Shown here: positions 25,711 to 37,465 of the stretch, in pieces
Position numbering within the stretch: the first letter of the stretch is position 1
Layout of the letters: each line of letters begins with the position of its first letter
From: Lama guanicoe
Taxonomy: Eukaryota
Direction: 5' to 3'
DNA length: 64,000 nt
Assembly (NCBI GenBank): GCA_013239625.1
Contig: MU054323.1
Location: 15,132,029 to 15,196,028 of the forward strand
Program-made: the position numbers and the translations under genes
Notes under the pieces: model-generated
Database searches by the model: none
Told to the model about the DNA's origin: nothing
What the model saw: only the letters and a program-made list of their open reading frames with translations

Positions 25711-28700
25711 TCTCCTCTTGTACATTGAATTTCTTTCCTTTGAAATATATTCAGCATAAGCCTTCCTAGTCCATATAGGATGCCAGAGTCATGAACTTAG
25801 CGGTTCTTTTCATTTCTTTGTTAAGAATACCCTACCCTGTACACACAAAATGTCCAGCTGCTCCCTTGCCTGCTCTGTCCCTATGCCCATCCTTCAGGTT
25901 AGAGCTCTTTCAGCAGGTGTTCCCACTCCCTCAACTGCTCCCTTTACAAGCCCACTGCAGATGAAGAGCATAACACATTCAGGCCTCATTTGAATGTTCA
26001 TTTGCATCATTATTTCCATGAAGGCAGGGATTGTGTCCTATATATCTCAGACTATCTAACATCTTCACAGTAGGTTCTTGGAAAATGTTTAGGAATGGAT
26101 GAAAGTCAGGAAAGGATACAGGGAGAGAAAGGGGGAAAGAAGGAACGCGGAAGGGGAGGCTGTAGCCAGAAGACAGACATGAAGAGCCTTTTCTCTCTTT
26201 TACAAGCACCTACCTGGAGAATAAAGCACACTCTTGTCTCTTGGTGAATGCAGCAGAGATTTTGAGAAATCCGGACACATGAGTGTAGTGTAGCATACAA
26301 GCTCTGTTTTGCTGCCTCTACGATCCATAAACGCCTCCTCCTCATTTGTCTTATCTTCTGAGTGAGATTTGGGCAAAACTTTGAAGGCTTCAGATTTTCG
26401 GAGCCCGCAGAGTTCTTCCTCCACTCCTCGAATTCAAAGCTCCTCAGGTGTTTTTACACCCTGCCTTATAACACCTGCAGACCATCTCATAAGCAACATT
26501 TATGCACATGGCTGCAACGGAACAACACAGCTTTCACTCCACCCAGGCAAATTTGTTTTTACCGGATCTTTAACTTTCATGAAGTCCTGTTGAATAAAAG
26601 TCAATAAAAGTTAAATGCCAGAGAAAAGGTTTTTTTTTTTTTAAATTGCTAATGGTTTTGGGGACCATGCTGGAAAACTCCCCCTTGACCTTGAAATCTT
26701 ATTTTTCCCAAGCCAGTGCTGAAGTTCAGTTGTTTTCAGGGTTGGTAATTGGGCAGGATGCCAAATCTGATTTTCCCATCAGAAAGCTCAGGGATTGAAG
26801 AGGGCTCTTCAGGATGAAATGGGTGCAAAGGACCATCTGTGTGCTGGAGCTGCTGGGCCTCAGGTTTTGAGGGTTCTCTGGTTTCACACCGTGAGGTTCT
26901 TGGACCTGAGCCCCGTCACCAAGAAAACAAACCTCCTAGAACACCTTGCGTCCTGTACAATCACTGCCCCGACCCTCTCTCCTTGTTTGACCTCAGTTCC
27001 ATTGCACCCTGTAATCTCATTCCCAATCGCCCTTCTGGCAAGTGAAAGGAATTTGTTCTGAAAAAGTTCACCTAAGCAAGTAAACCATCATTAAGACTTT
27101 GGAATGCATTTTATTTATTAAAAAAGTATTTATTGAATACACACCAAAGGTTAGGCACTGTAGGAAGTAAGAAGAGTTTAAATATAATTCCTGTTTTGGA
27201 ATACTTGTATTCATAAAAGATCTTGCAATTCGATGAGGATTTGTTTTTCATTTATTAGTTCATTACTTTTCTTGCTAAAGGCATTTTCTGTTTCCCATGT
27301 GCTATGATTTATGTGGGACAACAAAAACAGATTTTCTCTTTCCTCTATCTTTTGTCAAATGTTTGCTTTGTTCAAAGCTAGTGCAGTGCCATTTCAGTTA
27401 AATCACATTTGCTTCTATTCGATATAACTGTCATGTCAAAGTTATTGTATTATTACAGAAGTTAGTAAACATAAATAAAATGTGTTTTCAGAATCAAATG
27501 ACATAAAAGTCATTTCCATTTTATCCTTCTACTTTTCCTCAGAAAGTATAGATCTAGCAAAGCGCTACATTTTTTTGGAGGGGGGGTAGCCTTAATTTTT
27601 CCCAGGGTTATATTGCCTGTGTCTCCCTTTCCTATTCACACCAAAGGCAGACAGAGGCCTGTCTGGACTGAGAGGCGGTTTCACACTTTCATAGAAAACC
27701 TCAAGGTTCAGAGGCACATTATGTCTTCTACTCCTTCTCCAGAGAGAGTGAGTGATGTGGGTATGAGACATATGGTTAAGTTCCTAGAAAAGGAGAAGCT
27801 GTGAGTCACTTAATTATCGCACTCTAGAGTACATGGCTTCTCTTCACTGAACTTCTTTCTAGAACGTGGAATTGCGTGTTTGCAGTGTGGGAGTAGAACA
27901 GAGCCAGGTGTTCACCAGGGTGTGTATTTCCCCTGCTACTGATGGGCTCACAACAAGTACAAAATGGGATCTCCACCCAGTACCAACCTGATCCTTCATG
28001 CTAGCGTCCTCTCTAACCCAAAGCTCATATATTTCAGAAAGCAATTCATCTATGGGCGTTTGATGTGTAAATATTAAAAAGTACTGAAAACAACTTCCCT
28101 TCCCCAGTCTGTAGGTCCATATTGTATTTGAAATAAAACCTTAAAATTTAGTTCAGCAGGATCTTTATTGGATTGGCCAGCACTATCTAAAATAAATGCT
28201 TCTCTTGTCAATTTTTCAGTGAACTTGTCAAAGCCAAAGAGGGATTTTCAATGATCTCCATTCTGTGTGTAAACACAGGGCTATTTATTCACCAAAGGAA
28301 ACTGCTTCATGAAAACCAAATTATTATGGTGCCAGCTCGTTTTTTCAAAGCTCTCTTTAGGTCTATGAAAGTTTTCACAGCACATTTTGTTTTTAGAAAG
28401 ATGACGGCGATTCTTCCCTGCAGGTGATGTGGACGTAACACACTCTGATCTATGTGACTACAAGGAGACATAAAGCACAGTTCAACCCTTTCAGGCCATC
28501 TCTGACTCCCATCAATATTGCAACTACAACCAAACATAATCAAATCATTTGGAGTGTTCAGACTCAGAGGACTGTGAAAGGCTCTGTAGGGAGTAGAAGG
28601 GCTCTTTTGATTTTCTCAGGTCAGCTGGGGAGCTGCCTCGTCTTAATGCCTGTAACTTCAACTGAAATGGCCCCAAAAGGAGAGAAGTGGGATGTTAAGA

Positions 28701-29401
28701 GGCAGATGACCTTTGAATCTATTTACACCTCTGGGCAAACACAGCAGTGAGGCTGTGAGGAGCTGGGAAGGCTGTTCTTTAATAGGGATCTTGTGTCACT
28801 TGCACCTGCTAAAAGACCAGAAGAGCCACGGGAAAGCTCTCACAATGTTGGCCTCCCGTCTTCCAGGCCAGCTCTGCCCCCGAACAAACGAAAAATTGTC
28901 TGCTTGGCCCTGTTTTGTTCCACTTTTCAAGAATAAAATCATCTTATTATCTTGCTGTATTATTGTCTCCAGTAATTAGACCCCATGTCTGAGGCCTGTC
29001 AAGAGCACTATACGAGTTAGCCACCAAGTCATTTTGATTAAATTCAATAAATAAGGCAGTAAACATGGTTTATGGTTTATTAAAAGTACAATTGATTGCA
29101 TACTAAAATATTCAGAGACCTCTGAATAAATCAACTAGTTAGCAAATTCAATATTTTCAGACAGGGCAAATTTATCCTCTAAGTACACTGCAAAACTTAA
29201 AACTCTTTCCTTGAAGTTTTGCATGTTCAGCCTTATGGAATAAGAGCCAAAGGCCTAAAGGGGAATTTAGAGGCATTCTTCATTTGTGCAAGACTAACTT
29301 ATACCAGTTTAAAATAGCCACATCTTTACTCTTGAAACTCTCCCAAATGAGAGGTTCAAAAACCCCATTAACCTATTCCTATGTCTGATAAAAACAATTA
29401 A

Positions 29402-29545
29402 GGGGGGAGGGTATATATAGCTCAAGTGGTAAAATATATGCTTAGCTGCGTGAGTCTGGGGTTCAATCCCCAGTACCTCTTCCAAAAATAAAACCTAATT
29501 ATCTGCCCCCTACAAAACAAACCAAAAAAACAACAACAAAAACAA
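29402..29545 (+). mobile_element. tRNA-Ala-derived camelid SINE (Vic-1-like)
   Basis: GGGGGGAGGGTATATATAGCTCAAGTGGT..GGTTCAATCCCCAGTACCTC..AAACCTAATTA, A-rich tail. Confidence 0.88.
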
Positions 29546-29689
29546 GACAGTCTTCTTACTTAACTTAAATCCTTTCTCATGTAGTTTTCTGTAATCTTTG
29601 AAAATGAAGGTAGTTTAATCCAGGAAGAATCATAATGAAAATGCTGGGTTTGATCTAGCCCCCTATTTCTACAGTGTCTGTCCTTTTAC

Positions 29690-30510
29690 ATAAAGCCCTC
29701 CACCTCTCCACTGGAACGACTCTTGCTAAGGTCATCCATGACCTGATTACTGTCATTCACAACAGCTTCCTTTAAACCCTCATCTGATTTGATCTCACCC
29801 CAGAATTTAACCAACTCACCGTCCCTTTTTACCTAGCTAACCCACACACCTCCACACTTGGTTCTCTGATGGTTTCTTCTTACTCCCTACTGCCTCTTCT
29901 ATCTTCTGTCCCTACTGAACTCAGGTGTCAGTCCCATCTTTTCTCTGCTTTTCTTAGGTGACATCATTGCCTCAAATGGCTTCATCGGTCCATCGACAGT
30001 AACTCTTATATCAATACCTTGGACTTTAATTTCTCTTCTAAGCTCCACACATGTTTCCTTTTACCCACTAGAAGTGCGAAAAGTCAAACGGCTATCTCAC
30101 ACCTAACAAGTTCATCTTCCCCTCCAAACCTGCTGTGTCTTGATTAGTGACAGCACTTTCCATCTGATTGCCCAAGCCAGGGACCCTAGAGTCACTATCA
30201 ACATCTCTTTCTTTCTCACCCTCCATATTAACTGGTAACAGATTACACCATTCCTGCTTCTAAAATGCCTCTCAATATATCTCCTCTTCTCTTTCCTCTG
30301 CTGATGGTTTGGCACAGGCCTTTAGCATCACTCGCTTCGTCTACTTTAATAACTTATCACCTCATCATCATTCTTATCCCCACTCCCACTCTTTCTTGCA
30401 CTGCTGCCTCACAGATCAGTTAAAAGTAAAAATTCACTTTGCAAAACAAAAACAGAACAGAGAAAAATCTCTTTGATCGCTCATTTTTGCCTACAGATAC
30501 AAATTCAACC
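29690..30510 (+). mobile_element. L2 ORF2/3' fragment
   Basis: CTCTTGCTAAGGTCATCCATGACCT (ALAKVTNDL-like), CTTCCCCTCCAAACCTGCT, GCCCAAGCCAGG. Confidence 0.75.
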
Positions 30511-30574
30511 AACCTGCGTTGAATACATTAGAACATCAGACGCTCTAGTAGGTGCTACCATACGCAGTATGTCT

Positions 30575-30720
30575 AAAGAGCACCGCACTGAAAGTTAGGA
30601 AAAGTAGGTTCTCCTCCCACATGTGGGTCCATAAATTTTCTCTCCAGTCCTAAATTTCACCATCTGTAAATGAGAGTGTTGGATTAACTTATTTCTAAGG
30701 ATCTTTCCATTTCTGACATT
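30575..30720 (+). mobile_element. MIR3/MIR-like fragment
   Basis: CATCTGTAAATGAGAGTGTTGGATT..TCTAAGG..CTTTCC..TTCTGACATT. Confidence 0.6.
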
Positions 30721-30939
30721 TTTTTTTTCAAAATGGCAGTTAAATACAGTAAGATAATATCAAAAGACCAGTTAGGCTGCTTTGGGATATTGTTACAGAC
30801 ATTGGGAGCTCAATTCTTATTTTAGTTCTATTAACTAACAAGTGTCTATCCTGGGGTCACCTTGTGTGTGTCAGGCAATTAGAGAGACAGAAGCAAGAAT
30901 CAGTTCTACTTTCCTAAGAATGTCCAATCTAATTGTGAA

Positions 30940-31744
30940 AAATAAAATAGATTGGATTATTACTCAAGGTGGAAAATGCCCGTAAAACCACATAATTCAA
31001 GCAAATTACTGAATAAAGAAAGAAATGGAGATAATAAATAATGCTCCCATGCAGGAAAATTCCAAATTCCTTCAGATGTACTCTTACCCTCAAAGAGGCA
31101 CACCATAGCTCCTCACCTCTTAAGTGTGAGCTACACATAGTGACTTCCTTTTAAAGAGCACAGTATGAAAAGATAAGGATTGAAAGAGTAACTTTACCAT
31201 GGAAGAAACTGACAAACACTGTCTCAGACAGATTATCAGGGTGAGCATCAAGTGATAAGTCATGTTGACAGTGTGTTGTCATGATGTGTTAATGTGATGT
31301 GGTGGTAAAAATGGTACTTAGCTCTGTGGTCTTCCACTCAAAATCCCATGACCCTAGAGTAATCACAAGTGAAACAGAAGAGGAACCACAAAACCAGATA
31401 CTCCCCAAAACCCTCCAGGTCATAAAAAACAAGGAAAATCTGAGAAACCGTCAGAGTTGAGAGGGGCCTAATAGGAGACATGGCAAGTGACTGTAATGTG
31501 GTGGTGTTCTGAGTGGGATCCTAGAATAGAAAAAGGACATTAGATAGAAGCTAAAGACATCTGAATAAAGTATGCACTTTAACTAATAATTATATATTGA
31601 TATTGCTTCATTAAGTGTAACAAATATAACATTATTATAAGATAATAGCAGAAACTGAGTGCTGGTATATGGTCTTTCTGAACCATCTTCTCAGTTTTTC
31701 TATAAATCTATAGCAGATCTAAAAATAAAAATCTTATTTTAAAA
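30940..31744 (+). mobile_element. L1MC4/L1MD-like 3' UTR
   Basis: CTTAAGTGTGAGCTACACATAGTGACTTCCTT, AAAAACAAGGAAAATCTGAGAAAC, GGGATCCTAGAATAGAAAAAGGACATTAG, A-rich end. Confidence 0.82.
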
Positions 31745-31750
31745 GTAGAA

Positions 31751-31850
31751 CATTCATTCATTTATTCATTCAACAGACATCTACTGAGTATTCATATTGT
31801 TCCAGCCACCGTACCAGGCACTAAGAACCCAAAGATGAATAATGCACAGG
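31751..31850 (-). mobile_element. L2 3' tail
   Basis: CATTCATTCATTTATTCATTCAACAGACATCTACTGAG..CCAGGCACT. Confidence 0.75.
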
Positions 31851-32622
31851 GAAGATCCTGCACAATGTAAACTACTGAGTGAGTGCAGTGGTAACTCAGA
31901 GGAACGTGAAGTTCCTCTGGCTGCTGCAGGAGAATACTGGAGAGGAAAGAGTTGAAAGCAGGCTATATCTGCTTCACAATATACGGCTTATGAGTTTTAC
32001 TCATGCCTACAAGGCAGTGAAATTTCTCTGGGAGCAGAGAAGAAATAAAAATAGAATAATCAACCAGAACAAAATCTGCACAGATCACGTAAGTGGGAAA
32101 ACAGTATCAAATATCCCTATGGAACTGCTCAGCAGCTGGGGCATGACTCAGCTGATGAGTGATTTAGGTCAGTCAGCTGCCTACCTGCGATGCCCAGCAC
32201 AGAGTCCCTGCACATAAGTGACTTGCTTGGTAAGTCAATTGGTGGAACTTGAGAGACAGTGTTCCTTATGTCTCCAGTGAAGACCTCTCAACTCATAATA
32301 TACTCATGATATAGTATTGCCTGAACAGCACTACAGAACAAAATCATCGTGACTGTCACTCTCTCCAGACATGGTGAGGCAATTACATAAGTATCACATT
32401 TGCTGCTCATGAGGCCAGCTCTGCAAGTGGGGGACCGATTCACCAGACGCTAGGGGTCCTAATTATTAAGTAGAAGGCATGAGATAAGAACCTACTTTTC
32501 TTAGCTCTGTGATGCTTTCTAGATAAAATCATTTCTTGCATTTCTTACCCTTTCTCCATCATCAACACCAGCCAGTCCATGGCTGATCTCATGCTAGACG
32601 CTGAGGCAAGTTCAGAAGCATG

Positions 32623-32646
32623 CACACACACACACACACACACACA
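32623..32646. repeat. (CA)12 microsatellite
   Basis: Perfect CA run of 24 bp. Confidence 0.95.
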
Positions 32647-34352
32647 AAATACTGAAGATTCAGTAATTCTAGGAAGGGTTGCCCTCCAGGTACACTGGGT
32701 TGCAGAGTTTGAAAAGAGAAAGAAAGGCAGACCATGTGTGGTCAGCCTGAAGAGGTGAAGAGATGAGGGCCATCCACCAGCCCAACAGAGTTATCTGAGT
32801 GTGGGTGAGCTTGGACGTGATCTAAGTCAGTTCTCTTTGATGCAGTTTAAAGGCTCAAACGTGGGTGCCAAGCAATTTTTGAAGATAGTTGGGATGAAAA
32901 CATCATCATTCAGTGCAGTGCACACAGGAGGTGGACATCAATTCATTGAGCTCTGAGCTGGGTGATGCTGAGGACAGAGTCCAGGCTCCTCATGGAGACA
33001 ATCAGCAGAGACTAGAGAAAGTAAGAGTCTCAGCCAAGAAGCTAGAGTTGAACTGGGCTTCCAGTCCCTGTAGGGGAACTGAGATACTAAACCAAAACCT
33101 GAAACCAGACTAGTAAGGCAGGGCTTAGGGAAAGGCTGAGACCCCCAGGGAGCTGTAGCAGTGCACTTACACAGATCACACAGAACATCAGACTGCATAA
33201 ACATATCTAACTTGGACCCTGTTCATTGTTGGAGAAGAGACTTCCCATGTGTTCTTTGATCTGTTCAGCACCAGATCAGATGCTGGGGAGGGCCATGCCT
33301 AAATAAAGGGGCTGACTCTGTCCACAGCTGGGCAGGGCCAGAGAGGTCAGGATCTGCTAACCAGGGTCTGTAACCACACAAGGGAAGGATGGGTCCAAAT
33401 CAGACACAGTGACTTGATTAGAGTGTCTGTGTGACCACCTACCACTAAGCACCACTCATACAGAAGAGACCCACATGAAATGAATACACAGGAAGATTTG
33501 GGCAAATAGAGACATAAGCTAGCTTTTCAGATCACGTGTCCTGTTCTTGCTAAAGAACAGTATCATCTTTAAAACATTCATCTTACAAGGAGGGAGGAGG
33601 GAAAATTGATTCTCATCATATCAAAGGAACTACAGAAAATTGGGAAAGGTTACATAGCTGCACTCTAATTTGGGTCAAGCACTTGTTTAAAGTAAAAATT
33701 GCCCTCAAGAGAAGAAAAGATTTTCCAACCATATATCATGTAGATTGTACCTTGTGTTAAAGTATCAAATAAAGCCAAACAATCTGAAGGCTCATTTAGT
33801 CCTTTTAAAATCAAGCTGGTCAAACACTATTATTTCTCAGGGTCCCAGAGTGATTTATCCAGGAGGAATATTATCTTGAGTGAAAGTAAAATGTTCACCC
33901 CCTGTGTCTAATTAGGTTTTCCAGGGCACCTGGCAGACGGTGGCAATAGACACGCTGTGAACGTGGAATTAAGAGTCAGATCATTTCCTAGCAAGTGAGG
34001 AGTGTATCTGGCCAACCTAGAGACTGATTTTGTTCCCACAAGTTCTAAAATCTTCAGCAGGCAGTATCTATAAAATTCCCTTTAAAAAAACTGTGTTATA
34101 TGGGGCTGGAGTGGTAGTGTGAGCAAAGGATGGAGAGGCTACTGGTAGTGCAAGGCCAGAATGGACAAGACATTCCTTTTTTATCAGTTTCTCCTGGGTG
34201 AGGGGCAGTGATGGTAGCTGCTAGCACATGTCCCTTCTGCTGGAAGTGCCTCAGAGGTACAGGGGGCACATGTTCACAGCAGCCTCCACCTCAAAACAGA
34301 CCAGCTGTGAACTCTCCTAAGGGACCTTGGATAAATTGTTTGGCATCTACAG

Positions 34353-34418
34353 TTCTCTTTCTTTTCCTTTCCTTTCCTTTTTTTCTTCTTTCCTTTTATT
34401 TCCTTTCCTTTCCTCTTA
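34353..34418. repeat. Polypyrimidine (TTTCC-like) low-complexity tract
   Basis: TTCTCTTTCTTTTCCTTTCCTTTCCTTT... almost purine-free. Confidence 0.85.
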
Positions 34419-36944
34419 CTGTGAGAGAATATTTTTCATAAGTTTGTCTCAAAGATCAAAGATGTGTGTGGTGCTAGTGGGGACACTGGAGCCTGGGGGC
34501 AAATGCCCTACTGCTGGTTCCTTCTATCACACTCCCCCTGTGTATAGTAGTCACCTGTGTTCACATTTCCCAGAAACAGTGCTTCCTGGAAAGAGACTAG
34601 AGAGGGGTGATTTACTGAAAGGATCTAAAATAATTTAAGGCACATGGATTTATACCAGAAGAACATCTGCTTTACAGATCCTCAAAGTGATACGTAAGAA
34701 TAGAAAGCTAGAGTCTTGAAAGTAAGCATACAAACTCTCAATTTGATCAAGATGACAATGAGACTCCAGCAGATGGGGTATGGGTGTGTGTGTCTGTGTG
34801 TGTGTTTCTCAATGGATCAGAGAGTAAATATGAATGCTAATCTATTCTTCAACAAAAGAGATGGTTACTGATGTATCTGCTGCCCCACACTAGCTATTCA
34901 CACTAGCTCTCTAGTTACTTGTGAATATTGCATATTGATTTCTCTCCCCTCTGCTCTTTAAAAACTAGAGCTCCTCTAAGGGAGCTAGATGTTTCTGATT
35001 CTGAAGAATTTATGCCAACTCCCAAGCTAGGGACCCTGAAAGGACCCTCACCATTAGCTCATTGACAGCATGTCCCTTGCTACTACTGTTCAATCTCCCA
35101 GAAAGTAAAGACTTACATTCACTCAAGAACATGCAAAGTCCCGGATTTTATTTCCTTATATTAGGATTTCTGGATCTGGGAAAAACTAACATTTATTTCA
35201 AAAGAATACTTTATTCCAATGTTCACATAACAAATAATAGCATTAGCATAAGCAAATATGATTTTTTCCTTTGAAAGAGGTCTTAAAAGCCACAGGAATG
35301 AATTAATGTAAGTTCTTGGAATATATAATAGAATCATGGATAATATGCATTTTCATAAATTTGTATTACAGCATGTCCTTTTTCTTAAACCCGTTTATAT
35401 TCTCATTTCCTCAATAGTTCAGCGAGATCAATTAGCAAATCCCATCTTCCAAAATTAAATTTCAGTTTCCATCTCCTTAAGAGAAGAACATTATGAATAA
35501 TATAGATATTAGTTTTCAAATTTGTTGGTTTCTAGCAGAGTGAGATGCAGAGAGGGCCTTCATTTTCACATAATTGATTTTTTAAACAACTCATTTCTAC
35601 AAATAACTCTTTGAGAAAAGATTCATTAAAATCACATGGAAATAATACTGACTCATCAGCATAAAAATATGGTGCATACTATATTCTGCACTGTTATGTG
35701 TTATTCCCCTCAAGATAAAAATTTTTAGAACTACAAGTTCCCTACATAATCGCAGAGTCAAATTTTAGTTGATCCAATGAGCATATTCTCAGAACTCTAC
35801 ACAGTGTTTAGGAGGTTGGGTTGTTGATCATGGTGCTTTCTTCCTAGCTAGAGTTCGTATTAAGAAAATAACATGAGAAAGGAAATATGTTCTAGTATGA
35901 AGAATAATAGGATGCCTCTTGAAATATCCTATTATTCTGAGACTTTTTTTTGATTTGTGACAATGGAAAAGAAAAGTGCTTTGGATGAGGATTGAGGCAA
36001 AGTAACTGATGAAGTAGAGGGAAGATCAGATTGACAATATAGGTTCGCCCCTTGCTGATTCCACTGTATGTTTGTATGGCATTTTTCAGCTTATTAAGGA
36101 AAATAACTAAGGAGTAGATTTTATCATTATGCAAACATGCAAAACTATGAAATACCTCTTATAATATTTTTTAAATGTACATCTAATCTTCTAAATGTTT
36201 GGTTGGGAGGACATTTTTGCCTGGATTGTTTGGGAAAAGTAATGTCCTTCTGCCACTCACACTATGTGAAAAAGGCAGGGGGAGATTGGGACTTGGAAGG
36301 GAAAGGATCAAGGGAAAGGAGTCTTCCCTGGGATACTGCAGGACCGGTCTCCTATGAAACTGAAAAGCTAGTGTTTCTCTTCAATGCATGCATGCAGTGG
36401 CCTTTTTTTATAATCACCCACATTTAAGCCTTCCCTCTTTGGTGACTTTCCAAGCTTTAAAATAATGTCCTTTCCCTGATTCTTACTATCTCTAAGCACT
36501 GCTGTGGATTTCCAATGTAACAATAAATGATGTGATATATCTTTTTCCATTAAGAACTACAAGTTGAATTGGTTTCTTGGTTTACCAGTAGTGACAAGCT
36601 TAAAAAAAAAAAAAGACTCCCCAAATCCAAAGAAATATCACTGAGATTCCAAGCACTATTGAGGTGAGATGTATCTTCATAGAAGCGTTGATGGGGAATG
36701 GAATTTCAGGGAAACATTAGGTTCCATTTTTAGTACTTCCTATCTACCCCAAGTAGGTGGCAGCCTATCTCAACACCAACCCTCAATGCCGTCTTGCTGT
36801 GACCCTGGAACAAGAATTCCCCCAACACAACTGGAGTTTTCTTTTACCACTTCCTAGCTACTTCTTAAGGATATCTGAGACACACATCCACAGTTAGCTG
36901 TTTAAGCAGCTGTAGAGAACAAAGTACCAATCTTGTCATAAGAA

Positions 36945-37085
36945 GAGCTGAATTATTTCTATTACCAGCTGTGTGACCTTGGTGAGTCACTTAAATTCTC
37001 CTGAGTTGCAAAATTTCCTCCTGTGTGTGTGTCCTTTAAATTGTATCTACCTCATAGGTTATGTGTATTGTAGCATCTGTGAGAT
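36945..37085 (+). mobile_element. MIR fragment
   Basis: TTACCAGCTGTGTGACCTTGG..GTCACTTAA..TATCTACCTCATAGG. Confidence 0.7.
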
Positions 37086-37121
37086 GGGAGGCTATCAGGT
37101 GTATACAGTGACCTTGTCTAT

Positions 37122-37255
37122 AGGGGGAGGGTATAGCTCAGTGGTAGAATGAGCTGCTTAGTACGCATGAGGTCCTGGGTTCAATCCTCGGTACATCCAT
37201 TAAAAATAAATAAACCTAATTACCTCCCCCAGAAAAAGTAAAACAAACAAAAAAG
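37122..37255 (+). mobile_element. tRNA-Ala-derived camelid SINE (Vic-1-like)
   Basis: GGGGGAGGGTATAGCTCAGTGGTAGA..GAGGTCCTGGGTTCAATCC, A-rich tail. Perfect 17-bp TSD TACAGTGACCTTGTCTA at 37104-37120 and 37256-37272. Confidence 0.93.
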
Positions 37256-37277
37256 TACAGTGACCTTGTCTAAAACA

Positions 37278-37465
37278 AAGGGGGCAAATCGGTTTCAACT
37301 TAGGTAACACATCCAGTAAAGTTATAGTGACTACCTGTAATGCTTAGGAGTATGGGGCCAAATCCAGGTTGAAACAGGAAAGGGTGCTCTGGTTGATTAG
37401 TGATGTCTGTCATGAAAGCCAAGTACAGCAGAGGAAGTATGAGTGACACATAAATGACATCCCTG
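37278..37465. mobile_element. MER103-like hAT relic
   Basis: GGGGGCAAAT.GGTTTCA start, GATTAGTGATGTCTG core, CATCCCTG end. Confidence 0.55.

Noticed and set aside
22700..31744. Inverted pair of related L1MC4/L1MD 3' UTRs as a large hairpin or composite element
   Set aside because: Old, highly diverged independent insertions with no shared TSD or exact inverted termini.
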